A stretch of DNA of 64,000 bases from Myxococcota bacterium (GTDB lineage Bacteria; Myxococcota; UBA727; JAHDBA01). Positions 9,803-19,843 of this stretch are shown piece by piece. Under the pieces are notes generated by a model. The model was not told where the DNA came from, did no database searches, and saw only the letters and a list, made by a program, of their open reading frames with translations. The position numbers and the translations under genes are program-made. The stretch's first letter is position 1, and every line of letters starts with the position of its first letter. The stretch lies in contig JAHDBA010000011.1 in the NCBI GenBank assembly GCA_020630615.1, positions 2,321-66,320 on the forward strand, read 5' to 3'.

Positions 9803-10906
9803 TCATGAATTTTTCGGTTGGCCCGCAATATTAAGCTGCGAAGCATCAACGTTTGGCGCAAAGCGTTCAGCAGGGCCCAGTGCCCCAATCGCGCTAAGTG
9901 TCGCTTTGAGAAATCGTTTTCGCGCCTTGGTACGTGATGCGGGAGACTGGAGGTGCGTTAAAGGGACGCGTCCTCCAGCCATACTTGAATGACCACCACC
10001 GCTTCCATTCTCAAAGTGGCGCATCACATCTTTCATCAGTTTGCCGGCCGAGAAACGTTTGTCGTTGACTCGCATTGAAGTTACGAGTTGACCTTCATGC
10101 TCACCCACGACAACCGACCAGCGGACTCCTTCGGCAGAAGCGAGATGATCGGCAACCTCTGGAATCATATCCGGAATGTACGTCGTTCCAATATCACAGT
10201 GGACCACAGAGTCCGTGACATGTGCTCGTTGAATAGCGCGCGCAAAAAGCGAAAAATAAGCCCGCGGCAGCTTTGGATGTTCAATCGCAGAGATCAAGGG
10301 CATGTCCGCGAACTGCACAAGATGCGAATACGCCCAAACATCGTCATCGGAGCTTTCGCGACCAAGGTCGCGGGTATCGGATTTGATCCCGTAAAAGAGG
10401 GCGGACGCAAGTTCTCGGCTTGGCTCAACTTTGGCCGCATCCAAATAACGAACGAGAAGGGTTGACGTTGAACCGTAGTCGCCTCCCACGTCCGCATACT
10501 CTGGGTCTTCACGATCATCATGCCGAGGGTGATGGTCAACACATATCATTGTTTTTCCCTCGATGATTTCGGGTGTGAGGGGGTGATTCCCATGCTCAGG
10601 CTGTGTGTCGACGAGGCCTAAAACATCGTAATCGTCTAATTTGATTCGACCAAATCGTGTCAGTGGTATCTTGAGTCTGCGAACAAGTTCACGGTTTTCG
10701 GCACGGCCGAGGACTCCATCGTAACCCAAGGTATAGTCGACACCTCGTCGTTGCTTAAAGAGCTCGCCCAGCGCGTAGGCGCTGGCAATGGAATCCGGAT
10801 CAGGATTGTCATGTGTGCAGACAAGAAGACGTTGGCCTTCTTTGATAACACCCAACAAACACTTCACGCGTTCTTCGATCGACAATTCTTGGTTGATGGT
10901 AACCAT
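9803..10906 (-). CDS. nrnA: DHH/DHHA1 phosphoesterase (NrnA-like nanoRNase / pAp phosphatase).
   Basis: Motifs LLVCTHDNPDPDSIASAYAL, CVDHHPRHDD (DHH) and GGGHSSMAGG (DHHA1). Start placed at the ATG at 10904-10906 (MVTINQELSIEE). The track ORF extends to 11095, and that extension has no homology signal. Confidence 0.7.
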   Translation of the reverse strand: MVTINQELSIEERVKCLLGVIKEGQRLLVCTHDNPDPDSIASAYALGELFKQRRGVDYTLGYDGVLGRAENRELVRRLKIPLTRFGRIKLDDYDVLGLVDTQPEHGNHPLTPEIIEGKTMICVDHHPRHDDREDPEYADVGGDYGSTSTLLVRYLDAAKVEPSRELASALFYGIKSDTRDLGRESSDDDVWAYSHLVQFADMPLISAIEHPKLPRAYFSLFARAIQRAHVTDSVVHCDIGTTYIPDMIPEVADHLASAEGVRWSVVVGEHEGQLVTSMRVNDKRFSAGKLMKDVMRHFENGSGGGHSSMAGGRVPLTHLQSPASRTKARKRFLKATLSAIGALGPAERFAPNVDASQLNIAGQPKNS

Positions 10907-11116
10907 AGCGAACGCTAGACCGAGGCCGCCCCTGAACGCAATGGTGGTTGGAAATCTTTGGCAACTTTCCGAAGACTTTGAAGCGTTGCTCCAGAATGGT
11001 GCGGTAATCTTGCGTGAAAGGACTTCTGTTTTTTGCCGAAAATCTATTGGTTGCAAGTGTTTAGCTCTTTTGCTTGATTTCTCATCGTATTCCACGAATT
11101 TAGACTTGATGTTCCC

Positions 11117-12553
11117 TTGGTGTTAGGAGAACCTCTAAACACGAGAAATCTTTCAAAGGAAGATCGTTTGAGTGACGAAGAATCACAATCGGGTGTCGAT
11201 GGGTCGACAAAGAGCGACTCTAAAAAAGCAAAGTCAAAGGGCCGATCGCAGCGTCTGCGGTGTTCCTTTTGCGGCAAAGGACAATCCGAGGTTCAAAAGC
11301 TCATTGCGGGTCCATCGGTCTATATTTGCAATGAGTGCGTTCATTTGTGTCAGGATATCGTTTCCAAAGGCGAAGAAGAGACGGAGTCCTTCAATCTCAA
11401 CTTGCCCACTCCACATGCGATTCATCAACACTTGGACGACTACGTAATTGGCCAACATGAAGCGAAAAAAACACTCTCTGTTGCTGTTTATAACCATTTT
11501 AAGCGGATTCGCCATGAGAGCTTGGTGAAGCAAAAGGGCTTGTCAGGAGAAAACCCAGTCGAGATCGAAAAGAGCAACGTGTTGCTTGTTGGACCTACGG
11601 GGACAGGAAAAACGCTCTTGACGCAGAGCTTGGCAAGGATGCTTGATGTACCCTTTGCGATTGCGGATGCGACCTCACTCACAGAAGCAGGATATGTCGG
11701 CGAAGATGTCGATGGCATCGTTCAAAGTCTGCTTGCAGCAGCAAACCAAGATGTCGCAGCTGCCGAGAGAGGTATCGTTTACATTGATGAAATCGATAAA
11801 GTTGCTCGCCGAGGTGAAGGTGCTGCTTCAATGCGCGATGTGTCGGGTGAGGGTGTGCAGCAAAGCTTGCTCAAACTGATTGAGGGAACGGTGGTCAATA
11901 TATCGCCTCGCGGGACAAAAAAGTACGGTCAACAACAAGACAGTGTGCGAGTTGATACCCGCAATGTGCTCTTTATTTGCGGTGGTGCGTTTGTGGGTCT
12001 TGACGACATGGTGCTGAGACGCACTGGCAAAAAGACGATTGGATTTAGTGAACAAAGCGGGGATGGGCGCAAGGTGGGCGAAAAGAGTGATGCTTCATTG
12101 AGTCTGCTTGCGAGCCAGACTCAGGAAGCGAATGACACCGGAAAGATTCTGCATTTCGTCCAGAACCGAGACTTGACCACCTTCGGTCTGATCCCCGAGT
12201 TTGTGGGAAGGCTTCCTGTGGTGTGTGCTTTAGAGGAGCTGTCCGCTGACGATCTTATTCGGGTTTTATGTGAGCCGAAAAATGCTATTGTGAAGCAGTA
12301 TCAAAAACTCTTTGGGATGGAGGGTGTCGACCTGACTTTTGATGACGATGCTCTTCGTGCTGTTGCAGAACTCGCGATAGAAAGGAAAAGCGGCGCGCGG
12401 GGGTTAAGAGCTATTCTTGAGTCCGTGATGGTCGATATTATGTATGAAGTACCATTTCGTGACGATGTGGTAAGTTGCCGGATTACCCGTGCAGTGATTG
12501 AAGGCAGGGAGGAACCCGAGCTAGCGCTGATGCCTTCGCAAAAAAGTGCTTAA
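11117..12553 (+). CDS. clpX: ATP-dependent Clp protease ATP-binding subunit ClpX.
   Basis: C4 zinc finger CSFCGK...CNEC. Walker A LLVGPTGTGKTLL. Typical ClpX C-terminal region. It has an S/K/D-rich N-terminal extension of about 40 aa. Confidence 0.9.
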   Translation: MVLGEPLNTRNLSKEDRLSDEESQSGVDGSTKSDSKKAKSKGRSQRLRCSFCGKGQSEVQKLIAGPSVYICNECVHLCQDIVSKGEEETESFNLNLPTPHAIHQHLDDYVIGQHEAKKTLSVAVYNHFKRIRHESLVKQKGLSGENPVEIEKSNVLLVGPTGTGKTLLTQSLARMLDVPFAIADATSLTEAGYVGEDVDGIVQSLLAAANQDVAAAERGIVYIDEIDKVARRGEGAASMRDVSGEGVQQSLLKLIEGTVVNISPRGTKKYGQQQDSVRVDTRNVLFICGGAFVGLDDMVLRRTGKKTIGFSEQSGDGRKVGEKSDASLSLLASQTQEANDTGKILHFVQNRDLTTFGLIPEFVGRLPVVCALEELSADDLIRVLCEPKNAIVKQYQKLFGMEGVDLTFDDDALRAVAELAIERKSGARGLRAILESVMVDIMYEVPFRDDVVSCRITRAVIEGREEPELALMPSQKSA

Positions 12554-12613
12554 CGACGGCGATTTTTTTGTTTTTGATGTTTTCCACATCAACCCTTAAA
12601 AAAGAGCTTGTGT

Positions 12614-12994
12614 CTATTCGGGTGTTTTATAGCCGAGTTTTTGAATTGCGATTTTGGCCTGAGCAATGAAATCAGCGTTCGCGTTCACGCACTGAACCTG
12701 ACCCTCTTCATGCGATACGACACATTCGGTCTCAGAGTCGATTTTTTCTAGCGCCTCACCGATCATCATTTCACAGCCACCGCACGTCATGCCCTCGACT
12801 TTGATGACTTGCGAATTGCCAATCTGTGTACCTTTGTGTTGGGGTATCTTTTCGGGATTCTCACCTACGGGCGTGCTGGTAGCGGGTGCCTTTGTCTTTG
12901 CAGCGGCAGAACTGGATTGTGTACAGGCGGTGAATGCCAGCGTGAATAAAGGCAAAAGCAAAACAAACTCTGCAAATCTTCTAGGGGTAACCAT
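12614..12994 (-). CDS. Heavy-metal-associated (HMA) domain lipoprotein (CopZ-like metallochaperone).
   Basis: MTCGGCEMMIGEALEKI matches the MxCxxC HMA motif. N-terminal MVTPRRFAEFVLLLPLFTLAFTAC is lipoprotein-like. The track ORF extends to 13081. Confidence 0.65.
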   Translation of the reverse strand: MVTPRRFAEFVLLLPLFTLAFTACTQSSSAAAKTKAPATSTPVGENPEKIPQHKGTQIGNSQVIKVEGMTCGGCEMMIGEALEKIDSETECVVSHEEGQVQCVNANADFIAQAKIAIQKLGYKTPE

Positions 12995-13167
12995 TTTTCG
13001 CTCCTTGAGCAGCGGATAAAGACGGGTCTTTAGGCGGGCGCCGCATGCTCTTTGTCGGCTATCGTCGAAGCCTCGATTCAACCTTGTCTTTTCAGATGAT
13101 TATTGTAAACCGTTGTTTCAAGTTGATCCTCTGGCCAGCAGGGCGAATGATCGAAGGAGTAAAGAAA

Positions 13168-13896
13168 ATGAGCCAAAAAGCAAGTCTTGGCATTCTCGCA
13201 ACCAAAATTGGCATGACACAAATCTTTAATGATGAAGGTGTTCGTGTTCCGGTTACAGTGCTTCAGGTTGGCGACAATAAAGTCGTTCAAAAGAAAAGCG
13301 TTGATAAAGACGGCTATGTCGCGTTGCAGGTTGGTTATGAGTCACGTCCCACAAAAGGCGTTTCGAAGGCTCTTGCGGGTCACTTCAAAAAAGCAGGTGT
13401 TGATCCCGTCCGTCATCTCGTAGAGTTTCGCTGCACTGAAGAAGAAGCTGAGAAATATGAGCTTGGTGCTGAAATCAGTGTTGAGGCTTTGAATGAAGCA
13501 GCTTCGCTAGACATCTCGGGCACAAGCAAAGGTAAAGGTTTTGCGGGTGTGATGAAGCGTCACAACTTTGCGGGTTTTCGTGCAACGCACGGTACGCATG
13601 AGTTCTTTCGACACGGTGGTTCCATCGGTATGTGTGCAAAACCGGGTCGCGTTTTCAAAGGTAAGAAAATGGCCGGCCAAATGGGTAATGTGCGCGTGAC
13701 GACCGTTAACCTTGCGGTTGAAGATTTTATTGAAGAAGATCGCTTGATTCTTGTCCGCGGTGCAGTACCGGGGTCGAAGAATGGCGTGGTTGAGCTTCGT
13801 CCGTCGGAACGTAAGGTTCGCCGAGGTAAGGCTCTATCTGCTGCTGCTCAGGCAAAATCACGAAACCCGATGAAGATTTCAAAAGCGGGTGGTTAA
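13168..13896 (+). CDS. rplC: 50S ribosomal protein L3.
   Basis: MSQKASLGILATKIGMTQIFNDEGVRVPVTVLQV...GTSKGKGFAGVMKRHNF...KGKKMAGQMGN...LVRGAVPG is colinear with bacterial L3. SD GAAGGAG precedes the ATG at 13168. There is a basic C-terminal extension of about 30 aa. Confidence 0.9.
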   Translation: MSQKASLGILATKIGMTQIFNDEGVRVPVTVLQVGDNKVVQKKSVDKDGYVALQVGYESRPTKGVSKALAGHFKKAGVDPVRHLVEFRCTEEEAEKYELGAEISVEALNEAASLDISGTSKGKGFAGVMKRHNFAGFRATHGTHEFFRHGGSIGMCAKPGRVFKGKKMAGQMGNVRVTTVNLAVEDFIEEDRLILVRGAVPGSKNGVVELRPSERKVRRGKALSAAAQAKSRNPMKISKAGG

Positions 13897-13925
13897 TCGT
13901 TAGTCCAATAGCTTTTAAGTTGAAG

Positions 13926-13950
13926 ACGCGGCCATTGGGTCGCGTTTTTT
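13926..13950 (+). terminator. Rho-independent terminator after rplC.
   Basis: ACGCGGCC-ATTG-GGTCGCGT forms an 8-bp stem with one G-U pair, followed by TTTTTT. Confidence 0.6.
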
Positions 13951-13991
13951 GTTAGGGTGTCTTTATATGTGTCTTGGGAGAGAAAATCGTC

Positions 13992-16049
13992 TTACACGAT
14001 AGGGCGGAGTGAGTTGAGTAGGGAATCCCAGATACTCGCAGACAGATCGGAGGGCATGCGCCAGTCCCCTCTTGGGGAAAGACTTGCTTGAGTGACCTTC
14101 GGGCCATCCGGTGTTGCACTTCTTTTAAACTGCTGCTGCGTAAAACGCTGCATAAAGACTCGTAGTGTTTTCCAAATCATGATCGGCGTGAACCGGCCCT
14201 CAAATGCCGCAAGTGCATTGTAAAAGACTCCAGCAAGATTGCGACGCTGAACAAGAAAATGATGAATGAAAAAGTCATGCAGCACGTAGGGCCCAATCGT
14301 GTCTTCCGTGAGTTGCATCCCTTGACCCAAAGTTGGCAGAAGCTCGGGAGAGATGGGAGTTTCGAGTACGCCATGCAGAACTCGACGCAGGCCCTTTGGG
14401 TCTTCTGACCAGCGATGCGCTCGAGTCTCGATTGCGACTTTCATCACATGTTGAATGAGTGTCTTCGGGACACTGCAATTGACATCGTAGTGTGCAATCT
14501 GGTCCCCCGAATAGGTAGACCAGCCGAGTGCTTTTTCTGAGAGGTCACCCGTGCCAACGACAAAGCCACCTTCTTGATTGGCCAAGTTCATGAGTGTTAA
14601 GGTTCGGATCCGCGCTTGGACGTTTTCAACCGTCACGTCAATATGTTGAGGGTTCGCCTCAAATGCTTCATGCCAGTTTTGATGAACGAACTCTGTGTCA
14701 TCGTTTTGAGTCACTGGATGCTCAAGATCAATGAGGTGCCCCCATGCCAGTTGAGCAATGTCGATTTCTCGGTAACGGCTTCCCAGCGCTCGAGCTAGCC
14801 TTTCTGCTTGCTCTCGCGTCCGCGCGGAAGTTCCAAACCCCGGCATGCTCACGCTCAGCAAGTCATCCGTCTGACGATTTGAAATCCGAAGTGCTTCGGC
14901 GCACACGAGTGCGGCATGTGTTGAGTCGATCCCGCCGGAGATGCCAAGAACAAGCTTCGGTTTGCCAATAGCGTTCATACGCCGAACCAGACTTTGTGCC
15001 TGAATTTCAAAGACCTCCCAAGCGAGCTTGTTTCGATGAACATTGTCATTGGGAACGAATGGGAGGGGCGAGGGGATTGATGTCGCTCGAGCCAAAGGGG
15101 GACCGTCGCTAAAGTTGAGCTTGCGCCTTGAGAGAACAATCGTTTCACTCTTTACAGCCGAAGAGCGTAGACGCGCTTGTCGCAAGCGCAAATTGGGCAA
15201 AGACCCGGTGTCGAGGTCGGCGAAAAGAATTTGGTTCCCACGATAAAAACGTTGGCTCTCAGCGATCATTCCGGAGGGGCCGACGACAAAGGCGTCGCCA
15301 TCGAATGCCATATCGGTCGAGCTTTCGTTTGGACCGGCCGCTGTATACGCCAGGTATGCTGGGCCACGGATCGCGGGAGACGCAAAGATGGCGCGACGTG
15401 TCGATGCCTTGTCTACCGTGTAGTTGGACGCGGAGAGGTTGCAGATGAGGTGCGCACCTTTTTCAAGGAGAAGATTGTGGCGCGGGCGTTCTACCCACCC
15501 GTCCTCGCAGACCTCGACACCAAAGTAAAAATCATGTTCATGCGTATTGGACGCTGGAATCGTAAATATCGGGTCGCCACCGGCGAGTGCCTTTGTCCCC
15601 GCGTAATCAACCCAAGAGCGTTCAAAGTCTTTACCAGACAGAAACCATCGGTCCTCTTCGAATTCACCATAGTTGGGCAAATGATTTTTAAAGAGGAGTC
15701 CTTTGAGCTCGCCACCGTGAATCACCAAAGCCGCATTAAAGAGCATATTGCGAATTTCGACTGGGGCCCCCACCACTAACGTTGACGACATCGTTGCAGA
15801 GAGTTGGATGAGTCCACCTGCTGCTCCCTCGACGCTTCGAAGGATATCGCGCTGCTGGAAGAGATCTCTTAAGGTGTAGCCTGAAAGTGAGAGCTCCGGT
15901 GTCACGACCAGACTTGCGCCACCAGCCTCCGCTTGATGCCACAGGTTTACAATGCATTCGGCATTTGCGATCGGGTCCCCCAGAACGAGTTCCGGGATGA
16001 GTAGGGATATCCGGACACGGTCGTGTCCATACGCTTGTTGCAATTCCAT
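13992..16049 (-). CDS. nadE: Glutamine-dependent NAD+ synthetase (N-terminal CN-hydrolase domain plus NAD synthetase domain).
   Basis: The 685-aa ORF has the PP-loop LVLGISGGIDSTHAALV. The N-terminal nitrilase-like domain is recognisable from ISLLIPELVLGDP...LVVTPELSLSGY. Confidence 0.9.
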   Translation of the reverse strand: MELQQAYGHDRVRISLLIPELVLGDPIANAECIVNLWHQAEAGGASLVVTPELSLSGYTLRDLFQQRDILRSVEGAAGGLIQLSATMSSTLVVGAPVEIRNMLFNAALVIHGGELKGLLFKNHLPNYGEFEEDRWFLSGKDFERSWVDYAGTKALAGGDPIFTIPASNTHEHDFYFGVEVCEDGWVERPRHNLLLEKGAHLICNLSASNYTVDKASTRRAIFASPAIRGPAYLAYTAAGPNESSTDMAFDGDAFVVGPSGMIAESQRFYRGNQILFADLDTGSLPNLRLRQARLRSSAVKSETIVLSRRKLNFSDGPPLARATSIPSPLPFVPNDNVHRNKLAWEVFEIQAQSLVRRMNAIGKPKLVLGISGGIDSTHAALVCAEALRISNRQTDDLLSVSMPGFGTSARTREQAERLARALGSRYREIDIAQLAWGHLIDLEHPVTQNDDTEFVHQNWHEAFEANPQHIDVTVENVQARIRTLTLMNLANQEGGFVVGTGDLSEKALGWSTYSGDQIAHYDVNCSVPKTLIQHVMKVAIETRAHRWSEDPKGLRRVLHGVLETPISPELLPTLGQGMQLTEDTIGPYVLHDFFIHHFLVQRRNLAGVFYNALAAFEGRFTPIMIWKTLRVFMQRFTQQQFKRSATPDGPKVTQASLSPRGDWRMPSDLSASIWDSLLNSLRPIV

Positions 16050-16118
16050 AACCTAGCTTAACAAGCTTCAATGTCCCAAGGCATAGATTTTCTCTGGAAA
16101 TACGAATAGTGTTGAAGA

Positions 16119-17531
16119 ATGTTAAGTGGGATTGGCGTTGCGAGAGACTTGATACAAATCAAAATGGTTGTCATGAACCTCAACGGTGACGTGCGGCTGG
16201 CCTATGCTGACAAGGATGGCAGTGAGCGGACCTGGCTTGCGCGGGTTGGTGTGAGCAAGAAGTCAGATAATTGGGCACTTCGTGTCGGTGATGAAATCTG
16301 CTTCAGCCTCAAAGACGGCGTTATGAAGGGTCACAGTGTGGATGCCCGTATCGTTGCTGTCACGACTCAGAGGGGTTTCGAGGGGAGCGTAGTTCACGAC
16401 TTGAACGAAGTTGCCTTTCGTCCGGGACATCGCGCAGAGCTCTTGATTGCGGATGTGGCCTGGCTCGAACGTCGGAGTCAAGCGCGACCTGAAGATGCTC
16501 GCTTGGCATTTGACCCTTTTGCAGAGCTCGACGATGACAAGACGTTGATGGGGGATAATGTTCTCGCCGCGCTTCGGGAGGGTGCCAAAGGCGATAGTTC
16601 GGCGCCGAATTCGAAGGGGGCATCAGCAAGCAGCAAGCGACGAGAAGAGCAAAAGACGAAGTCTCTCGAAATCACACGCGAGGCTCGACTGAGTCAACTT
16701 CAGCAGAGTCAATCACAGGATGGGGCGTTCGAAGAAATTGACGACGAGAGTGTGCATCCTGATATTTCTGAGACGAACGATGTGGTGACGACTGAAGCGG
16801 TAGACGCAAGCCAGAAGCTCTTTTCTGACCTGCCGCTTGAGCCCTCTGGTGTTCTTGGAAATCTGAGTCAGGTCTCAGTGGTCGAGATTCTTCAGGGGCT
16901 TGAGTTGAGTCAAAAAGTTGCACGCATCGATATCTCAAGTGAGCATGGCCTTCAAGGAACGCTTTACGTTGATAAAGCAGTACTGGTGTCTGCATATATA
17001 AAAGGCCGATCGTTGAGCTCGTATCTACATCGTATTCACCCCGCGCGTCAGCGAGAACTTCAAGACCACAACCAAAAAGGGCCGGGTCGACAAGGCCGCT
17101 TTGCATTCGAGGGCAAGTACGCTTTTTATCTGGCGCAAGCGCTTCAGGTTGGCACGTATCGAATTCGTTTTGGTGTGCAAGACAACGAACCCAATATCTT
17201 AAAGCCCTTTTCGTTTTTGATGTTGGATATGCTGCGAGAAGTGGACGAAGCAGGAAAGTGCAATGAGCAAACAAAGAGTGCCCAGCTCGAAGACGAACTC
17301 AGTGAAAAATTTAGGGAAGAGTTCAGTGAAGACACTCGGACAAACCTACGCTTGCCCACACCATCCCTTCTTGCCCAAAGTGTTGCCGAAGAGGACGCCG
17401 TAGAGACACGACTCCCGTCGGATGCACAACATGCAGACTTTGCAGAGCAGAAGACAGCGATCCTCGGTGACCGAGCGACGATATTGTCGGCGCTGAAGAA
17501 CGCGAAGCTTCAGGACGACGGTGACGAGTAA
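16119..17531 (+). CDS. Hypothetical protein with a possible DUF4388/PATAN-like segment.
   Basis: The 470-aa ORF contains VSVVEILQGLELSQKVARIDISSEHGLQGTLYVDKAVLVSA, which resembles DUF4388 of myxobacterial-type proteins. Domain assignment is by resemblance only. Confidence 0.4.
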   Translation: MLSGIGVARDLIQIKMVVMNLNGDVRLAYADKDGSERTWLARVGVSKKSDNWALRVGDEICFSLKDGVMKGHSVDARIVAVTTQRGFEGSVVHDLNEVAFRPGHRAELLIADVAWLERRSQARPEDARLAFDPFAELDDDKTLMGDNVLAALREGAKGDSSAPNSKGASASSKRREEQKTKSLEITREARLSQLQQSQSQDGAFEEIDDESVHPDISETNDVVTTEAVDASQKLFSDLPLEPSGVLGNLSQVSVVEILQGLELSQKVARIDISSEHGLQGTLYVDKAVLVSAYIKGRSLSSYLHRIHPARQRELQDHNQKGPGRQGRFAFEGKYAFYLAQALQVGTYRIRFGVQDNEPNILKPFSFLMLDMLREVDEAGKCNEQTKSAQLEDELSEKFREEFSEDTRTNLRLPTPSLLAQSVAEEDAVETRLPSDAQHADFAEQKTAILGDRATILSALKNAKLQDDGDE

Positions 17532-17533
17532 CG

Positions 17534-18298
17534 ATGCAACTATCTCACTTGAACGAACTTGCAGAGTTGAATGACCCGAAGAATTTGGGCGAGGCAATAT
17601 TGACCCGCTTAAGATCCGCAGCGAATGCGGATTATCTGGACATCGCCAAAGCAGATTTTGATTTGCTTGATGTTCAGGTGCAACGTTTTGAGCAGCTTGT
17701 GCAAAGTGAAATGTCGGGGGGGCATAAGGAGCCAGAGCCTCGAGAGAGACTCGGGTCAATGTGTTTTACGCTTGCATTGGCCTTGATCGAGTTTCGTGAA
17801 GCGGCACTTGTGCGCGCAGAGACTGGACTGGCCCCGAAACGCTTTGCGAGATTGATGCGACTCTTAGACCTTTCAGTTGAGTGCTGCAGCATTGAACTTG
17901 GACGTCAGGCTCGAATCACCCGAGCAATTTTGCTCGCAAAGCTTGGTAAGATGAGCAAAGCGATATTTGAGTTGCGTCGTCTTGCACCAGCGGACGGAAA
18001 GCCCTCGGCGACACGTTCGACTGCCCTGGACACCTTGCATTGGATTTACTCGGAACGCGCCGATTCTCTGGAAAACAAAGCCGAGCTCCAGCGCATTGCA
18101 TTGCAACGTGCCAACGCACATTTGCAGATGCTAAAGGAGAGCCGAGAGGGCGATGAGGCGACGCACTGGGCCGAACGTCTTGCTCTCGCGGCTCGGCTGC
18201 TTCCAGCCGACAAGCGAGATAAATTCCAGAGTGCGATCGACGCCCAGAATGATCGTTCTTCGCCACCTTTAGAAAAGACGCTGTCTCCGCGGGGCTAG
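17534..18298 (+). CDS. Hypothetical helical (TPR-like) protein.
   Basis: The 254-aa ORF starts 3 nt after the previous stop. It is predicted helical with no recognised motif. Confidence 0.4.
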   Translation: MQLSHLNELAELNDPKNLGEAILTRLRSAANADYLDIAKADFDLLDVQVQRFEQLVQSEMSGGHKEPEPRERLGSMCFTLALALIEFREAALVRAETGLAPKRFARLMRLLDLSVECCSIELGRQARITRAILLAKLGKMSKAIFELRRLAPADGKPSATRSTALDTLHWIYSERADSLENKAELQRIALQRANAHLQMLKESREGDEATHWAERLALAARLLPADKRDKFQSAIDAQNDRSSPPLEKTLSPRG

Positions 18299-18310
18299 CT
18301 TGGCTTTGAC

Positions 18311-19714
18311 ATGACACTAAGCTCATTGACCTTACTCGACGACCGTTCATGGGAAACGCTGCATCTGAATCTCAGCACTTCGGCCACCCTTTTGGTCGGT
18401 GCGAATGGTACGGGGAAAACCAACGTGCTGGACGCTATTCATGCAGTGTGTACGGGGCGCCCGCTCAGTCGTGGAACAAAAATAATTGAGTCCATTCGAC
18501 ATGGTTGTGCCAAAGGGGCGGTTAAGATTTCTCTTGATGAGCAACCTGCCATCGATGTGTCATTGACATTAACGAAGCGGACGCGACGCCTCATGGTGGG
18601 GCAAAAAGGCTTGAAGGCGCGCTCGGAGTTGTTGGACTGGGTCCGTGTTGTCGCTTTCACACCCCAAGATATTCAACTCGTTGATGGTGCTCCGAAGTTA
18701 AGACGTGATGAAGTTGATAGGGTTGCTATCCATCGAAAGCGAGCGCATGCAACGCATCTTAAAAATTTCAACATGTTGCTCAAAACACGAAATGCGCTTC
18801 TGAGCAATGTCGCCAAAGGTTTTGATGTTCAGTCTTCGAAAAAACAGTTGGACGCCTTCTACCCGCAGTTTAAGAGTTTGGCACTTGAACTGTGGCGTGG
18901 CCGCCTTGAAACCTTAGCCGTACTGCGTACCGCTTTTGAGAATTATTCAGAGACGATAACACTGGGTGATTGTAGACCCTTAATCCATTACCGTTTTGGT
19001 GGCGTGCAAGATTTTTCGCGGCCCCAAAAGAACACACTTCAGCATGATGAACCCGTCCCACCTGAGACGCCTTCAGACTTTCTGGTGACTCCGCACATCT
19101 GCGAATTTGAGCAAAAGGATGGACGAATAGAAGGTGAGGTTGAAGCTCTCTCTCACAAGGTCGAAAGAGCCTTGCAAGAACTCGAGCAGAACTTTGATTC
19201 GCTGCGCGAGTTCTACCAACGTAGAGAGCAAGTTCTTGGGCGGACAATGTTCGGCCCGAGTCGTGACGCATGGAGTATTCTTTTAAAGAGAAATTCGGAT
19301 GAAAGAATCGACACGAGTGCAATTAATTCGGAGTCAAGACCACGCCCAGATGATGTGCTTCCAAGGCAGGAACTGGGTCCGCAAACCGAGTTGTCTCTGC
19401 ACTCGTTACTCGAGCGATACGATGAGGCATCGGTGGTTGCGAGCCAAGGGCAAAAGAGAGCATTGGTCTTGGCTTTTCGAATGGCAGAGCTCGATCTTTT
19501 CTCAAGTGTTGGAGGACCAACACCGATATTGCTTTTGGATGATGTGGGGGGGGAGCTCGACATGAAGCGCTTGGATGTACTGACGCAGATTGTCGCTGAA
19601 AATAAGCATCAGGTGATTATGACAAGCCCGAATGCTGATCTCTTCCCCGCTTTCGAGGGTGTTGAAGTCATTGATTTAGCAGAACAATCACCTTCTAACC
19701 TGCATGACGATTAA
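18311..19714 (+). CDS. recF: DNA replication/repair protein RecF-like ABC ATPase.
   Basis: Walker A LVGANGTGKTNVLDAI. Signature ASQGQKRALVLAFRMAEL. Walker B/D-loop ILLLDDVGGELD. It carries an internal insertion of about 100 aa relative to canonical RecF. Confidence 0.7.
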   Translation: MTLSSLTLLDDRSWETLHLNLSTSATLLVGANGTGKTNVLDAIHAVCTGRPLSRGTKIIESIRHGCAKGAVKISLDEQPAIDVSLTLTKRTRRLMVGQKGLKARSELLDWVRVVAFTPQDIQLVDGAPKLRRDEVDRVAIHRKRAHATHLKNFNMLLKTRNALLSNVAKGFDVQSSKKQLDAFYPQFKSLALELWRGRLETLAVLRTAFENYSETITLGDCRPLIHYRFGGVQDFSRPQKNTLQHDEPVPPETPSDFLVTPHICEFEQKDGRIEGEVEALSHKVERALQELEQNFDSLREFYQRREQVLGRTMFGPSRDAWSILLKRNSDERIDTSAINSESRPRPDDVLPRQELGPQTELSLHSLLERYDEASVVASQGQKRALVLAFRMAELDLFSSVGGPTPILLLDDVGGELDMKRLDVLTQIVAENKHQVIMTSPNADLFPAFEGVEVIDLAEQSPSNLHDD

Positions 19715-19843
19715 GAGAAATGGTACTCGTTCTAAAGCAGCTTGATTGTCCCCGGCTCATGGGTTAGAGCTCAAAGACGATGGTTGCCTTTAGGCGACTG
19801 AGGGCCTCAGGTCACTGAGAACACTGAAGCAGGAGTGTAACGC

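Noticed and set aside
9803-11095. 430-aa extended version of the DHH phosphoesterase ORF.
   Set aside because: The upstream 63 codons have no homology signal. The conserved NrnA N-terminus begins at the internal ATG at 10906.
12571-12595. Hairpin TTGATG-TTTTCCA-CATCAA between clpX and the convergent HMA gene, as a possible bidirectional terminator.
   Set aside because: T-runs lie 5' of the stem on both strands and not 3'. It is not a canonical intrinsic terminator, so it was left uncalled.
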